DNA of 62,724 nucleotides, filler included, from Choristocarpus tenellus KU-1152 (GCA_964200185.2; 9 parts of 9 records of this genome joined end to end with filler, not necessarily neighbours in it); one strand, 5' to 3'. Shown: positions 1 through 14,167, counted from the whole stretch's first letter. Notes: a model not told the origin generated them from the sequence alone. Numbers and translations are program-made.

Positions 1-124
1 TTTCACTTTTTTGGTGCGATTTGATCGCACGTGTCGGATTTGAAATGTCAGCAAGAAAAAGAGTTGTTTGACCGAAACGGACGCCCCCTCGCAAACCACC
101 TCCCCCCCCTAGATACTTTGACCC
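1..124. mobile_element. MITE terminus related to family A, cut by the window edge
   Basis: CCCCCCCCTAGATACTTTGACCC terminus with CCGAAACGGAC subterminal variant; the interior differs from families A and B. Confidence 0.6.
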
Positions 125-2106
125 AAAACATAGACTGGTCATATTTTATGTCCTTTACACGATACAGTATTACAGTTCATACTGACTGTTGATTCGCACA
201 TCGGTACTGGTCGTTACTCACATTTACATCATTGGTATCTCATCATAGCATCACCAACTACTGTTAGAACATTACGTGCATAGGAAGTATGGAACAGTCG
301 ACATCCGTCAAACATAGAAACATAGTATGTGCCATATGCATTGTCCCAGATACTGATTCAAGTTCGTTTCTTGGTTTCTTGATTTTCTCGTCAGAACCAT
401 CAGTTGCGTCTCATATGTTGATTATTCATTTTTCTCTTATTGACTTTGCCCCCACTTAGATTCGAGTTCACTCTACATTAAATGTACCTGATGCACCACT
501 GGATGCCATATATTCAGAGTTAAAACATCCACAGAAACCCTTCTTCACGAGGTACCAAGCCTCTACCCATAGCATATATCTCTTCCATTGAGCGTCTCAA
601 GGAATACCCAGAACTTTAGAGGAAAGAACTATGAACAGCATGTCACTAGGTTCATCAGAACGAATTCACAAGTGCTTCATTATACTATGACACCCCTTCC
701 CTACCAACCTGTCACTGCACAAGAAAGAACGATTCATTCCTTCTCAGGTTTCAACAGGTTGCGAGCCTCACATGATTCCCCTTCTGTCTTTGATTAACGC
801 GTTCTTCCTCCCTTCCAAACCCTTGTCAGCATATTGGTTAAGGATGGCACCCCTGCATGGTTGCGCATCAAGTGAAACTACCAATGGACCATTTTTCTGT
901 CTCATGTTCATATTCCCCATCGACTTTCATCAACTCCAGTAATAATCAATTGCTTGTACCCTATGTGACTACAAAACACCATCAAGTTCGTTGTTGTTGA
1001 CATCATTTTGACAACATAATCTAAAAGGCTGACTGTCATACTCAGATGCGGACCTCCCCATCTTTTACTTCAACCACAACTTCAACTCACTGAATCAAAC
1101 CTTCAACAACGCTCTAAACCATATCCTCAACTTGTCATTAGCATAACCCATTATACAATACCGTCACATTATCTCGATTCACGCTGTAACCTGCTTCACG
1201 CAGCTGCCGAAGAAGTTCCCCAGCTCCCCCACCTACTCAATAGTTAATGGTAGTTGGCGTCACTACAATCACCACATTTACGACACAACTGTCACTTTTT
1301 TAGGGGTTTTCCATCATGTGAATAGTTTCCATTGGTTTTTCACTGACACATCTCCAAAATGCCAGAGGGCATAGCAATAAAAAAAGTAACAGCTGTTGTA
1401 AATGAGAAATATTTCCACAATCGATAGGAAACTGTTAGTTTTATAGGGGCAGTTGTGATGTTGGTTCAGGTTTTCCCTGACATAATGTAAAATGTCAGAG
1501 GGCATAATAAAATATGTAATATATTATATCACTATATTTTCGGAATTTCGACCAAATGTATATTCTACCGAGTACTATTTTCGCCATTAAATGTTCGTCC
1601 CTGCAGTTGTTTTTGTTATTTTCCTGTCTATTGAATCCGTTTTTGTTATTTTCAGATTTATTGAAGCCAAGTAAGTGTGCGCAGATACTGCCATCTACTA
1701 ATATATCTGGACGTATTTGTGCGTATGTATATAAGAGGTAAACTGCATATGCCGATAATGTGCCTGTGGTCATGTATGTACGTATGAAGGGTGATCCTAA
1801 CAATATATCACTTAACAACTTGTTAGACAGTCCGCAACAGGCTAGGAACCCCCGAAAAGGTTTGACTCCAAAATAATAAATTTTCTTTAAAGAACCTTCT
1901 GCCTCGTCCTCTGTGAGTATCTTCCTCCTTTCTCTTACACTGACGTACACGCACTAAAACACGCTGAAAGGCAAGCGTAATTTATCATAGTGCAACAATC
2001 TGTTCGTAGATCATATGAGTAGTGTGTAATAATACCTCTCGAGATACTATGATTGTTCTTACATCTAGGGAAGAACAAAAATAAGTGACTTTATATGAAG
2101 ACTTGT

Positions 2107-2187
2107 CGTCGCCGGCAGGACTCGAACCTGCGCACGTAAACGTATTTGATTTCGAGTCAAACCCCTTAACCGCTCGGGCACAGCGAC
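2107..2187 (-). tRNA. tRNA-Ser (anticodon CGA), intronless, no encoded CCA
   Basis: The reverse complement GTCGCTG-TGCCCGAGCGGTTAAGGGG-TTTGA-CTCGAAA-TCAAA-TACGTTTACGTGC-GCAGG-TTCGAGT-CCTGC-CGGCGAC-G folds as a cloverleaf: 7-bp acceptor stem, perfect anticodon and T stems, extended variable arm, G discriminator. A T-run lies about 25 nt downstream. Confidence 0.95.
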
Positions 2188-4299
2188 TACACCTTTCTGC
2201 AAGAGTTTCTGGAATTACCAGTATATATAGTATGGTATATAATACATGTTCCCAATAACTTGGAGATCCACAAAATTCCCTTGCCACTTGACAAGATCTA
2301 CATTCTCCAGATATTGTCTGGGGACAGAAAGATTATACAATATAATGTAACATAACAGCAATAGAGTCTATTTTGCTTCCAACAATGGCCTTCCAACAAT
2401 TTGCAACAATTTTAATATCATTCCCCACAATAGCAAGAAACGACTGGCAATAGATCTGGATTACTCTACTACCCTATCGCAATGAAGATGGTTCAGAAAT
2501 AAGGAAAATATCTCGAGAGTTGGTCAGGTCCTGCCCGACCCAATAGTCCAGTGCTTCCAAAGTAGTTCTATAATACTGTGTCGTATCACCCCCATATTGA
2601 GAAACAGATAATACACCAGTTGTGCTACTACTACTCTGAAAGGCAGTCAAGAAACGAGGGAAGATCCAACAAGCTAGCCTGGCCTCGTGTGGTCAACCAG
2701 CCTGGTGTTTCCAAATAAAAGCAGATGCTACACTTCTCGACAGGGCTACTTCTTGGTGTTGCTGGAACAGTTTGTTGAAAGACACCTCAATTACCCCCTT
2801 CCTTGTGAACCGAGGTAAAAACCTAGACCAAAATATATGCTATCATCAACATCGAACAACGGCATCGAAATTGCTCTGATTCATTGCTGTAAGTGAGGTT
2901 ATATCTGGGTTTAATTTTAAGGATCCCGAGAAATCTCAAATATTTGACATTTTGTACACTCACAGAAAGAATCTTTGCAGAGTTGTATTGCCACTTTGTG
3001 TATGGAAAGGGGAAATATCAATTTGGTGCAATATTGTGCACGTAAAGCAATGAAATAGAGTGTGTATTGTAAAGGGTAAGAAAGACCTCTTAGGAATGTA
3101 TTTTAAGGATCCCAAAAAGGGAAAAATATGTCTTTTGTACAAATCCAGAAATAACCTCTGCTGAATTGTGGTATCACTTTCTATGTGGAAAGGGGGAGAT
3201 TCAATTTTGCGTACACTGCTATGCACACAAAGCAATGAAATAGAGCATATTTTGCATAGGATAAGAAAGAAGGCTTGGAATCAAAAAGGTCAGGACCTGA
3301 CTACTTCTCGATCGGTTTTGGCTCAGTTAGAGGTGGCGAAGGCTACGCCACGTGTGGTGATGTGGAACACAGGAAGAGATAGAAACGAGTTGGTATGGAG
3401 TACATTTGTGGTTATGTAGTGTGTCCGTTAAAAAAAGTATTACTACACTGCTGTCGGATGTCTGCAGGCAGACTTGGCGATCAGCAAGAGCTTGTATACT
3501 TCATCAAAACAAGAATTGACATTGATTGCTGCCAGTACACCTTATCTTCACCTCGTATTAATGTCATCCCTGTGACTATCATGATGATCAACAACAAAAC
3601 AAATGCACTTAGAATACTGTCTATTATAGCATGTGTATATGCACAACATAGAACATAACATAGACCACGGAACATACTGCATAAAACACAAACAATACCA
3701 CAACAAACATACTCCTGCTTTGTCCTTAATTCTTTGTGGTGACCAGTAAACAACTACGATTCATCTACACACATACTACACAATAAGGAAAATGTAAGAG
3801 GTAACCGTCAAACTCATCAAACTCAGAGGAACGATCGTCCAGCCCTGGATTCAGTACTTTACGGTAAATGATTTGGTATCAATCTGCTGAGTACATGTTC
3901 TTCACCAAACCAATGAAAGATTTCAGTCACTAGTCCATCCTACGAACAAGACATGAGTAATCTAGATATTCCATTGGACCAGAGCCAAATATAATGCCTT
4001 TCATGTCGCAAGTACAATCCAAGTACGGGAATGAGTGGAGATATATGCTCCAATCAGTCAAACATATCCATCCACAAATTGTTTTTCCCAAGTGTAGATT
4101 GTATTTCCCTCCCACGGTCTCACTGGGTAATACCCCCCTTGTGTGTATTGTAACGAAGAGAGGTATAAATGGGAGATATGGGATCATCCAGCACATTAGG
4201 CACGAGGAGACCGTCATGGTGGTCAAACTCTCGTCAGTGTAATGGCATATCTGAACTCATTGGAACGCAAGAACCTCTCAAGTAGATTACCCTCCAGCA

Positions 4300-4730
4300 T
4301 ATCGCGTACCATGTTGTAGGCATGATTGAAGAATCCACTGTAACGGTGAAAGATAATCCAGTTGCGACAAGGTTAAGCTTTCTAAGATGAAGGTAAATGA
4401 GGGCAAAGCTGTAATTCTGGAGAGGATAGGAATAGTGAGGAACTCCAGGGTCAAGCACGCAGAAAAATGTTGATGCTGGGATAGTATGTTGGCACCAGGC
4501 GTTCTGAGATATTAAAGAGCTGGATAAGACCTAGTTGGGTGAGATGCAAAAAATAAGGATGCCGCAAATGGAAAAAACGAACTGTAGTGCATTTCATCGT
4601 TCAATTACTAATTCACACCAACACGTGCACCAATGCTACCTACAACAACGTTCTCCTGTAGATAGGTCTACTAAGTTGCAAAATACCATTCTTCCTGCCT
4701 ACAGGAGAAACGATGGATAACCTCACCCAA
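4300..4730 (-). mobile_element. Possible Ty1/Copia integrase-SH3 relic
   Basis: Frameshifted FALIYLHLRKLNLVA / FHRYSGFFNHAYNMV resembles the Copia 'RKL..A..F.GY....Y' segment; very decayed. Confidence 0.35.
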
Positions 4731-5760
4731 AAGGAATGTATGAAGTCAGAGCTACAATATCAGGTATGGGTTCTCAACTTGGCTATGATATCAGGATGAT
4801 AAAAGGGATCTAGGGATTGACCTTACATCACAGTTGTCCGTTACTCTCAAGCTGTCCTCATTTGTTCGCTGATTCTTAATCTCAGTTACTGTTGTTGCTT
4901 GAGGACGGTAACATTGAGGTTCACAGAGTAGTACCCCGTCTTGATTTCAAAACAAAGAAATACTCAATGACATTACTACTATATATACTGAGCATTTCAC
5001 TACAATATGAAAAAATTATAATCCTGTTAAACTATTGTTATTAGTCAAATCTGCAGGGCTACATTACCCATCGTGCTGCAACTTGGTTATATTCTCTGCG
5101 TCTCTTGTTCGTTTAGTAACAGACGTAACGATCTTTCCTATGGTATGAATGTAGGTCTTATATTCAAACCTTGCTTCCAGGTGTGCCCAAAGCCACAAAA
5201 AAATACTTTCAAGCAGCACTGAGCCCACAGTATCTAGTGAGCACAATAGGTGTGCATCAAGAACGAGCAGACTCAGCATGCAGCGTTATGGGAAAATCTA
5301 GGCGAAAGATGAGAGAGGAGTACAAAGTCAAGGAGTAACAAAATTTCACTACATCAGCCCTTTGATCCATACCCCAGATATATATATATATATATTGTTT
5401 ATATATTTATATAGGGTAAAAAAAAATCACATCGACGCAAAAGTTACTTAAGGATACCTTAAAAAGACTGCACAAAAAGTGTTTGCTATATCAAAGATGA
5501 GCCACCACCCAACTGCCCAAACACTATTACGGCCTCAACCGTACAAATATGACACTTTGAACAGACCACCTGTAAATCATATTGTATAGTACAAAGAGAG
5601 TAGGAATTTTGTCTCCAACACACCATTCATTTTGTCCTTCCATTCACTAATTGATTGACTGATTGCAGTATCCAGCTAAACAACAGCAGTGAAGTATAGG
5701 CACCTCTTTTGAACATTGTTTACACGCATGATGCGAGCGTGAACGATTTAGTAGGCTCAC

Positions 5761-8700
5761 CTTCGCTCATTTGCAGTCAATTCATCAAAGGAGAGGCGTC
5801 CTAGACGAACCTGGTTAAGTATCTTCATTTTCTCTGAGAAACTGGAGGTATGAGGAACATTCGAGGGCAACAAACACATAAAATACAGCTTGTATGTGCA
5901 GGGTGGCGTGGCCAAAGGGTTGAAAAAACAAAATCCATCTAATCGCGGATAACTCCAAGAAGTGGTATGCCCTCGTAAGGTGTCAATGGTTGCAAAATAC
6001 TCTACAATAACAGCAGATGCTACTGCAGTGGTTAATTATGCATGTGAAAGCCAAAGACATGCAGACCACAAAATGCTGAGGGGGGCTCCTGACAAGATGT
6101 CTGTGCCAGACTTGTGCAAGGCCTCGGGCACTAGTTCCTTCCTCACATAGAAGCGACTAGAAAATGAAGGTGCCTAATACTCTATTAGTACACACATTTC
6201 TTGTGCATTTTCAACCAATTCGAAGTAGTGTCTCACTCTGGGTCACAGGTTGTTGACACTAGAGTTTGAGTTGAAGTAAACGAGAGGTACCTAGGTTTTG
6301 GCCGTTTTGCATTTTATGCCAATCTTTTGCAATTCACACATATTTACTTGGATGAAGTATCAAATTGACATGGGAGCTTTAATTCCTCTATTGTTTGAAA
6401 CCTTTCTACAGACTCAGAAAAGTTCCAGTATGCATTTGTAAGAAAGAGAGACAAATTTGCACATGTTGGGTGGTATCTTTACATCAAAACTCTAAGTACC
6501 TCATGTTTGCTTCGACTCTTTGCACATCTGATTCGTATCAAACCAATTGCGCAAAAAATACCAAATTGCCGATGATCAAGATATCCACATCCTCCTGAAC
6601 AATATCAACATGTACTGCTGTTTTTCGAAGTATCTTCTGTTTTTTCACTTGCATCGACACAATTACATCCCAGAGATACCACCCTATTCATTCAGACCAA
6701 CTCCAAAAGCATTATATCAACGTCAGCAGCTCCCTCTCTTAGTAATATATTCTTTGACCTCAAATAGCACATTATAGATGTATTTCTGAATTCGTTTTGT
6801 ACACCAATACAAAATTGCACAACCATTGTGCACATACCTGATGTTGACCTCCTCCGGGGACCCAGGGACAATGTATGTCTTACTGATAAAACAAAAGCCA
6901 CCAAATTCATCTGTATCCATACCCAACACACTTGCAGAAGAGAAGTCCCCATGCTGGTACCTGCACACATTGAGACAGGGGACGGGGATTAATACAAGGT
7001 GGTTGGGCAGGTAAGGTACCTGGGTAAAAGAACAGTACCTAAATACCTGCTGCAGTTAAGGCAATGAGAGCACGCCAACAATCTCATTGCAATTAAGTAG
7101 GGGAATAGAGTTGTGTATGCCAGTTATCGATGAGCCAATATTTTTGATCAATTGAAGAGGGGAACCGCCCCGTTAATCTCCACCAATATATCAAGCACAA
7201 AACAGCAAACAACATATCATTGATGAATAAATATATGTACCTCACATGAAAAAATTGAATTGCTTGCAACTCTCTGTGTTCATTTTCATATATTACGAGC
7301 TAGAAAAAAAATCTACCCCCAAATGGTTCAAGTGTATGTAGTAGAAGCACATCCACATATTTATCTAAATACGTCAGGCTCAAAGTATCTGGGGTGGGTG
7401 GCGGCTGTCCATTTGGGGCCAATTTTTTTGATGTCGTGATATTTTAACAATTTGGTTGCATACATCGGATGGATAATGTAAGTGCACTTTTCCTGGTTAT
7501 GGTCCAAATGGACACCCTGGCGTAGTTCCCCCCCCCCCCCCCCCCCTAGATAATTGTTGCTGGAACTATTTGATTTGCCTGTTGCGATCTCAAATTGTCT
7601 AGTCTCCAAAGGTCCCAATACGGTTTATGGAAATATTCCACTGACTATGCCTCCTCACCAGTGATGTTTACATTTGCAATCTAGTCCCAGGTCATCTTTC
7701 TGGTACTTTGAAGTTGAGAAGTAAATCAACGCAAGATGCCCTCACGGGCTATAGTTACTAGGACAAAATGATGTATGGAGTTGTTCAGAATAAAGACACA
7801 TTGCCATGGGTTATATTGAAGATTGATACGATAATGATGAGAAGTTTGTTTTTTAAACCCTGTTTCACCATGAATATTTTATCTCATCGCACATGTTGGC
7901 ATGTGCGACCTACCTGTTCTATTTTTTATTCAACTATAGGAACATTTATTCTCAAGGTACTTTGTTAAAGATGCTAGATGTTCTTTTTGAAATGCACATT
8001 CTCGCTTGAATATACTTCAACACACCTAATGCTGTGACATGAGAGTTGAACAAAACAATTTGCCCCTATGCACTACTCTATTGTAGGAAGTGGAACTTCA
8101 AGCATGTGTTTATGGAGCTTATGTTCGCAGAGCTAGAGCTCAAAACGCGATTGTTTATGGTTGGGCAAGTACAATGGCATGAGTTTGGAACTTATTGGAG
8201 GTTTCATTGGCTAATTGTGTTATCCACACCTGGTACTAATACATAATATATGCATTCAATTGAATTTTGTCATGTTATTCATACATAACTCGTACATACA
8301 CGAATGTCCATATGCAATGCGTTATGAACCAGGAGGTGCACATGCCGTCAAACGGTTTGATACACCCTGGCAGACCTTCAGGTATATATCACACTCGAGT
8401 TTTCCTATACACACACAGGTTTATATCTGTCATACGCTAGTGAATATGAGCGTCTTCATGGTCCAGTGGGAAATATAGGATGTCCCCTGTCCCAGTATCT
8501 TAAATGTTGCATATTACTTTTAGCCAACAAATATGGCCTGCATCAATGCAGTACTTGATCTACTTTCATTGAACTATACAGCAATTTCTACGAGATAGTA
8601 TTGCAACTGGAGGGCAACTAACATTTGCTAAGGTGACAGATAAAATAGTACCAGTTGGTAGTGGATTACAGATGAATAGGTTCGATTCTTATTGGCAACA

Positions 8701-10992
8701 TGGAACTCCGCCAAGAACGGACAGAAATACTAGATTGTTGGAAATAGGAGTGTCAACCTCGTGATGTCCCAATGCTGTTTCCTGAGAGATCTAGAATAAT
8801 TGAAGTACCTCAAACAGACTGGTGTATCACTAAATCTGCAAGAATTTCAAGGGTTGGAACCTTATCCACTCAAGCCTTCTTCTCATGGACATCTGTTGTC
8901 AGGTGTAAGTCCATATGGCAAGTGCTACAGATTGAACACCTATACTATCCCATCCATTGCTATACCATAGCAACAGGAGACCGAGAACAAGGTGACAAGG
9001 GTTCATTTATCGAGCAACGCAGAGGTGGGTAAAGTACAATATTCGAGTGAGGAGGCGGGGCAAAGAGTGGTGGGATGGCTGAACTCAATACACAGGAAGC
9101 AAGGCACGAATGGGGGCAGTAAAATCGGTTGTAGCGCAACAGCACCTAGTTCAGTAGTATGAGAAGGATTAATAGTACAGTGCAAAGTAGTGGCTCTGAC
9201 AAATGGTCAGGATAGTCCCTATTCTAAAGTCAGAATAAATTGTAACAATATATATGTAAAATAAATCAAAGTCTTGGTTCTACACTATTTGTTGTCAAGG
9301 TCAGCATTAAAACATAATTATTTTTGCATTCAAAGTGCTCAACCTCATTCAACTGTAAGAACCAAAGGCAGACTATATCTTTCAAGGTACTCTAAAACAA
9401 TACGATTTTAGCGGGTTTGAGGGGTAGAATCAATTCTCAAAAGCATGTTTCTAGAGAGGTAAAAATATTAGGAGCATTGATAGCCAGGTGAAATAGGTTA
9501 GAATAAAGTCAAAATGTGTCAATATGTCGTAGAAAGTTGTGTTAACCAATCAGATTTATCAACTACGGTATGAAAATCCTCTCCTTTTTGACCTGCGCAA
9601 GGGTTATGCTGAGGGATTGCAGCATTGACATATCCAAGATGGCATACCTACTCTTGACAAGGACCCGATTAGTGACCACTACCCACTCTAATTCGTCCTG
9701 TGGGAGGATACCATTTTAGTGAGTGTACACACATCATCACGGTTGATGTATTTTTAGAGAGAACGTGAGTGAATGAGTGCACCTATCGTCTATATTGTTC
9801 CAAATGGTGTAAAGAAGCATCTAATAAAGCATCAACAGATCAAGTCGACAGGTATTTCAGTCAGAGGGCACTTGGTTGTCATAGTATCCTAGAGGGGTGT
9901 AGATCTAGACCCTTCTGGGCGTAGGATGGTTATTAAATCTTCTGCTTCACACCCCAATATCCCTACGCACAAAATGCAGCTAGTCTTCATCAGGAGGCTA
10001 TGGCGATAGAAGAGTACATTAACCCTCATTCGTGCAAGGGCAAAGTCGCTCTCCAGAGAGATAGAATCATGGGCACCAAAAGGTAGCCACAGAGGCTCTT
10101 TATACTAAACTCACACCCCTCCAAGTACCTCGGCTAGTATATTTTTAACACATCAGGATACTCAAACATCAACTTTCAACGGTAGTCCGATTTGGTCACC
10201 AAGACACCCTAGATAATTCCTAGCTGTTGTCAGGGTCTGAATACGAAATAATCGACATTGGCCTGTAAAAATACACTCCATACTCCGTGCACATATTAGG
10301 GTAGTTGAAAGTTGAAGGTTCAACGTGAGATGACCAGGATACTAGAGGAAAATAATGATAGATGGGACCCAATAATCTGTACTTGACGAATACGTTCACT
10401 TTCTTCTAGAATAATATCATGAGTGCATCTTCCTGTTTTGACCAAGCCTTGTTACAGCCAAAATTTAGGGTCTGTAGCTGATAATTCCCAATAAAAAATA
10501 CATCTGATGCAGGTGCTACTGATTCTTGGGGATAGGTCTGTAGCAAATGACTTCAATATCCTTTTCTACATCAGGCTCACACTCAATTTCAGGATCACTG
10601 ACTCCTCTATCCTCAAAGTGTCTAATTGTTTCATCCTTTTGTTTTATCAGTCGATCTCTATCCATGCTTTTCCCGTACGATTTCCCCCACATACCCGAAA
10701 AATCAACCCCAAAACATAAATCATGCATTTAACCCACCTGGAAACATCCGCTAGAAACAGCACAGACTCGTGGCACAATGCCTTTCGTGCAAACTCTTCA
10801 AATGCAGAGGCTAACACGGGTATCGACAGGAGTCGTTCATAGCTCCAATCCTCATTATGGAAGCTTGATGTTTGAAAAAAAGCATTCAATTGGTCAGGTC
10901 CTCTAGGTGTGGTGTCGTCCACTGATTCATGTTCGCTGGTTTCCTTCAGCTTGATGGCGTTGGAAATATTTCCAGAGTCTGGTCTTGAATTC
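5761..10992 (-). CDS. RGS (regulator of G-protein signalling) domain gene, internal exons 10992-10738, 6960-6838, 5841-5761; both ends unresolved
   Basis: Phase-2 GT-AG exons join to give LLSIPVLASAFEEFARKALCHESVLFLADVSR|YQHGDFSSASVLGMDTDEFGGFCFISKTYIVPGSPEEVNIS|FSEKMKILNQVRLGRLSFDELTANERR. This matches the RGS pattern F..F...E...F ... YI..GSP.EVNI. Confidence 0.85.
7377..7560 (-). mobile_element. MITE family A, full copy inside an RGS-gene intron
   Basis: Reverse-orientation match to 39077-39257; GGCTCAAAGTATCTGGGG start, degenerate CCCCTAGATAATTG end. Confidence 0.8.
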
Positions 10993-13489
10993 CTGAAAAA
11001 TTCAACATATCAGTTTGGGGTTGTTGGTAGAGGAAGGAACATATACTGAGGGTGATGGGAGAGGTATCCATTGATACGCCGCCGATTTCTATCAAAAATA
11101 TCGATCCCAACAATGATTCAAGTGCGTAAGAAGTGACGCAGTTACCAATGTTCACACTGTGGTATCATTATGCGAACACTACTGTAAGGTGATTGTAGAC
11201 AAACAAGAACACAAACCTAACATGTTCACAAGTTCTATTTTATTGAATATTTTCAACTGCAGTGAGCATACACCTTAGAATAGAGTTTGTTTGGCTGTGC
11301 GATTCTTCTTGATACATAAAGCATCTAGTTTGAGTGTTTGTTGGGGGGGGTTCTTATTTGTGTTCCGAGTCATACCTCCTGTCAAACTTTTGCTTGTCCA
11401 TGTGTGGGAATTCAATTTGAAGTGTGCAGATTGAGTGGATTTGAGGTTGGGATATATTTTGGACTGATTTGATTCTCACTGCATACTCAGAGCAGGGGAG
11501 TGTGTCAAGATTATGTGGGACCATTTGTGAGAATATTATTCGAATCAACATTTTATGTACGCACAGAAGATGATGCGGGATATTAAGGTTATTTAGGGTT
11601 AGGGTATTTGGCCAGAAGCAAGGAGTATTTTTTACATGTACTTGAGAACTGTTGAGTCATTTGATATTCTGAGTCATTTAGTTTAAGGTTTGGTGAGCCC
11701 TATCTAGTGATGGTGTCTCACTCTCTTTTCAACTATGGTACAAGCTAAAAGACAATAATATAATATAACTGGTTGTGTGGGACAACAGATCGTCAAGGAC
11801 AGCTTAACCTCCTCTTGATACGTTTTAAGAAACTAGTGGAAGCCAGTAGTACTTACGATCTCGTGACTAAATACATATGAAAATGACTGTGAAACCACAT
11901 GGTGCTGGGAGGAAGCCTTAGAAGCATAGCACCATTGCACAGGAATTCCATTGAAATCGCCCCCAATGATAATGTAGAAACATGAATGCTGGAGTTATCC
12001 AAGATATGCTTGCCTTACTGGAATGCTAAATGACACAAAGGCAGGCAGTGTTCCTGGGAAAAACTGCTACTATAGCAACTACACGAAATTGCCAATGCAT
12101 TTTTGCAAAAGACACCATATATATACGACGCATTCACCCTGTAGGGCTCGTAGATGACCACCCCCGTCCACAAGCAGACACGCACATCCTGATTAACTGT
12201 ATGCAGTCTCCCATAGCTGTATGGGTAAGAGAAGGTGTTCTTTATGTATCAACTCTCTTGACCTGATATTCGTGGTAAGCATGGATAAGTGTATCCTACG
12301 TGCATCGGTTCTTCAATCACAATTTTTTTAGATTCTTCCATTAGGGGACAGGCCAACCATCTACAGCTCAACACAGCCAAGACTGCATGCATGGCGGTCT
12401 TCCAAAGACGTGCGCAACACAGCATTTAAGGAAATATCGTTCCATTGTGGAATACACTGAAATATTGTCCTCTTCGGATTTTTTTCTCCACAAACAAACT
12501 ACCTGCAAAAAGATAAACAACTTTATCACCTACGCTCGTAACAGGAACACAACTGTGGCGGTGGCTAACCTCAAAAGATTTGAATGAGAAACCGGTTTCA
12601 ACTTTGAGAGACAAACAGTGGGGCCTACCTATGCTCCCACCTAACACCAAATTCTAAGTCAAGCACTTACGATAGTTTCCTGGTACATACTCCAGGATAT
12701 ATTAGGCAACTAAAGAGTTGTCTCTTGCAGTTACTTTGGGAGAAAATTAGGAACAAAGAGCGTAAGCAGCGGAAAACATGCTAGGGCTCTATGAGTTTGG
12801 GAATGTAAATTGCGCGTGAAGTTGTACCGAACCCAGCAAGCTACAGTTTTGTTCTCACAGGCGGGTAACAGAAAAAGGGAAGGTGAAAACATTTTGGACC
12901 AATGCATCCTTTCCTGCTTCTCCAGTTGTCAGGGTCCCTACGGTTGACATATCACTCATCTTCCTGGGTTGCTGGACTGCAAGTAAATAGATACCACCCC
13001 AAGAAAAAATGTTTCTTGAACCAAAATGGTAGGGAGAGACGGTGCAGAGAAGCCAGGGTTGGAGAAGGAAAGCATGACCATCTCTTAGAAGTGACAACGT
13101 TACCAACATTACTTACAGTAGACATGCAGAGAACAGAGAGGGTTGCTTGCCACTACCAATTAAGGAAACAGGTGCACCTTGGAACACTGGCTCATGCACC
13201 AAGCTCTAACTCTGTTTCCCTGTCACGATCAGCAATAATATGTGCACAAAATGTACCGTTTTCATTGACACTAAAAATAGGAGGGGGGTAACAGGAAGAG
13301 GAGGTATGTGACTAGATGTGGCAAACAAGTCATTGAGGGGGTCAGGGGCTTGCTATGTTGTATGTATATATATACTTACTAGGGATACTGTGCATATCAA
13401 ACACATGTTGGAGGAAAAAGGGTTGGGCTTGACTAAAAAACGTTTTTACATACGAATCAACTCAATTTGTGCTTTGTGCCCATGAGGTA

Positions 13490-13578
13490 TTGTTACAGCA
13501 TGCTCCAGAAGCTTACCTCCACAGGATGTATAGCTCCAATCTACAGGCCTATAGATGATATTGATGCACGTATAGGAC
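13490..13578 (+). repeat. Dispersed repeat, second copy at ~52181-52268
   Basis: Shared GCTCCA.A.GCTTACCTCCAC.GGATGTATAGCTCCA.T..ACA.GCCTATAGATG....GATGCACGT..AGGAC. Confidence 0.75.
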
Positions 13579-13678
13579 NNNNNNNNNNNNNNNNNNNNNN
13601 NNNNNNNNNNNNNNNNNNNNNNTTAATTAATTAANNNNNNNNNNNNNNNNNNNNNNNNNNNNNNNNNNNNNNNNNNNN
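13579..13678. other. Artificial 100-nt scaffold spacer (N-TTAATTAATTAA-N); identical spacers at 19006-19105, 21802-21901, 27813-27912, 38394-38493, 46687-46786, 56155-56254, 59404-59503
   Basis: Same length and the same 12-mer (stops in all six frames) embedded in N runs eight times. Confidence 0.98.
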
Positions 13679-13898
13679 TCTCCCCCCCCCCTCCCAGATA
13701 CTTTGGGTATTCCCACAGTTTGTTTTTCCCTTTTTGGTCGGTTTTTCTGTGTGAACACAGTTACCTAAAATGTATACGACTATGAAACGTGTGTCCGGAG
13801 CAAGGATATTGACACTTGCTAACAAACATGACGGCCAAAATTAATCAAAATTGCATCATTGGATTTTGGACCCCAAACGGACCGGCCCTACCCTCTTA

Positions 13899-14167
13899 GA
13901 GTGAAAGTAACTTAGAGGGTACGAGTCTTACCCTGTTTGTCCGTTTGGGTCTTGACTTCGCATGGTTCTTTTATTATGATACTTTCCTAATCGAAAATAT
14001 ATCGGAGTAGGTAAAATGTATATATATATACATTATGAAATGGTGTGTCTAGAATAAGGATATTGACAATTCCTAACAAACACAATAGCCAAAATTACAT
14101 CAAGATCGCAACATTGGATTGTGGCCCCCAAATGAACGCGGATCTACCCTCTAAGATAATTGGACTC
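13899..14167 (+). mobile_element. MITE family B, full copy, TTA target-site duplication
   Basis: tta|GAGTGAAAGTAACTTAGAGGGTA ... TACCCTCTAAGATAATTGGACTC|tta; colinear with the copies at 26986 and 58014. Confidence 0.85.

Noticed and set aside
160-1260. Possible LINE or Copia relic (GKDGTPAWL, YSDAD)
   Set aside because: The motifs are short and point to different classes; not enough to call.
1985-2287. 100-aa ORF
   Set aside because: A chance frame across the tRNA-Ser gene.
10516-10728. Acidic ORF as the next RGS exon
   Set aside because: The exon at 6960-6838 continues the RGS motif in the correct phase; this ORF does not resemble RGS.
13623-13634. Recurrent palindrome TTAATTAATTAA
   Set aside because: Always centred in a fixed-length N run; it is an assembly linker, not biology.
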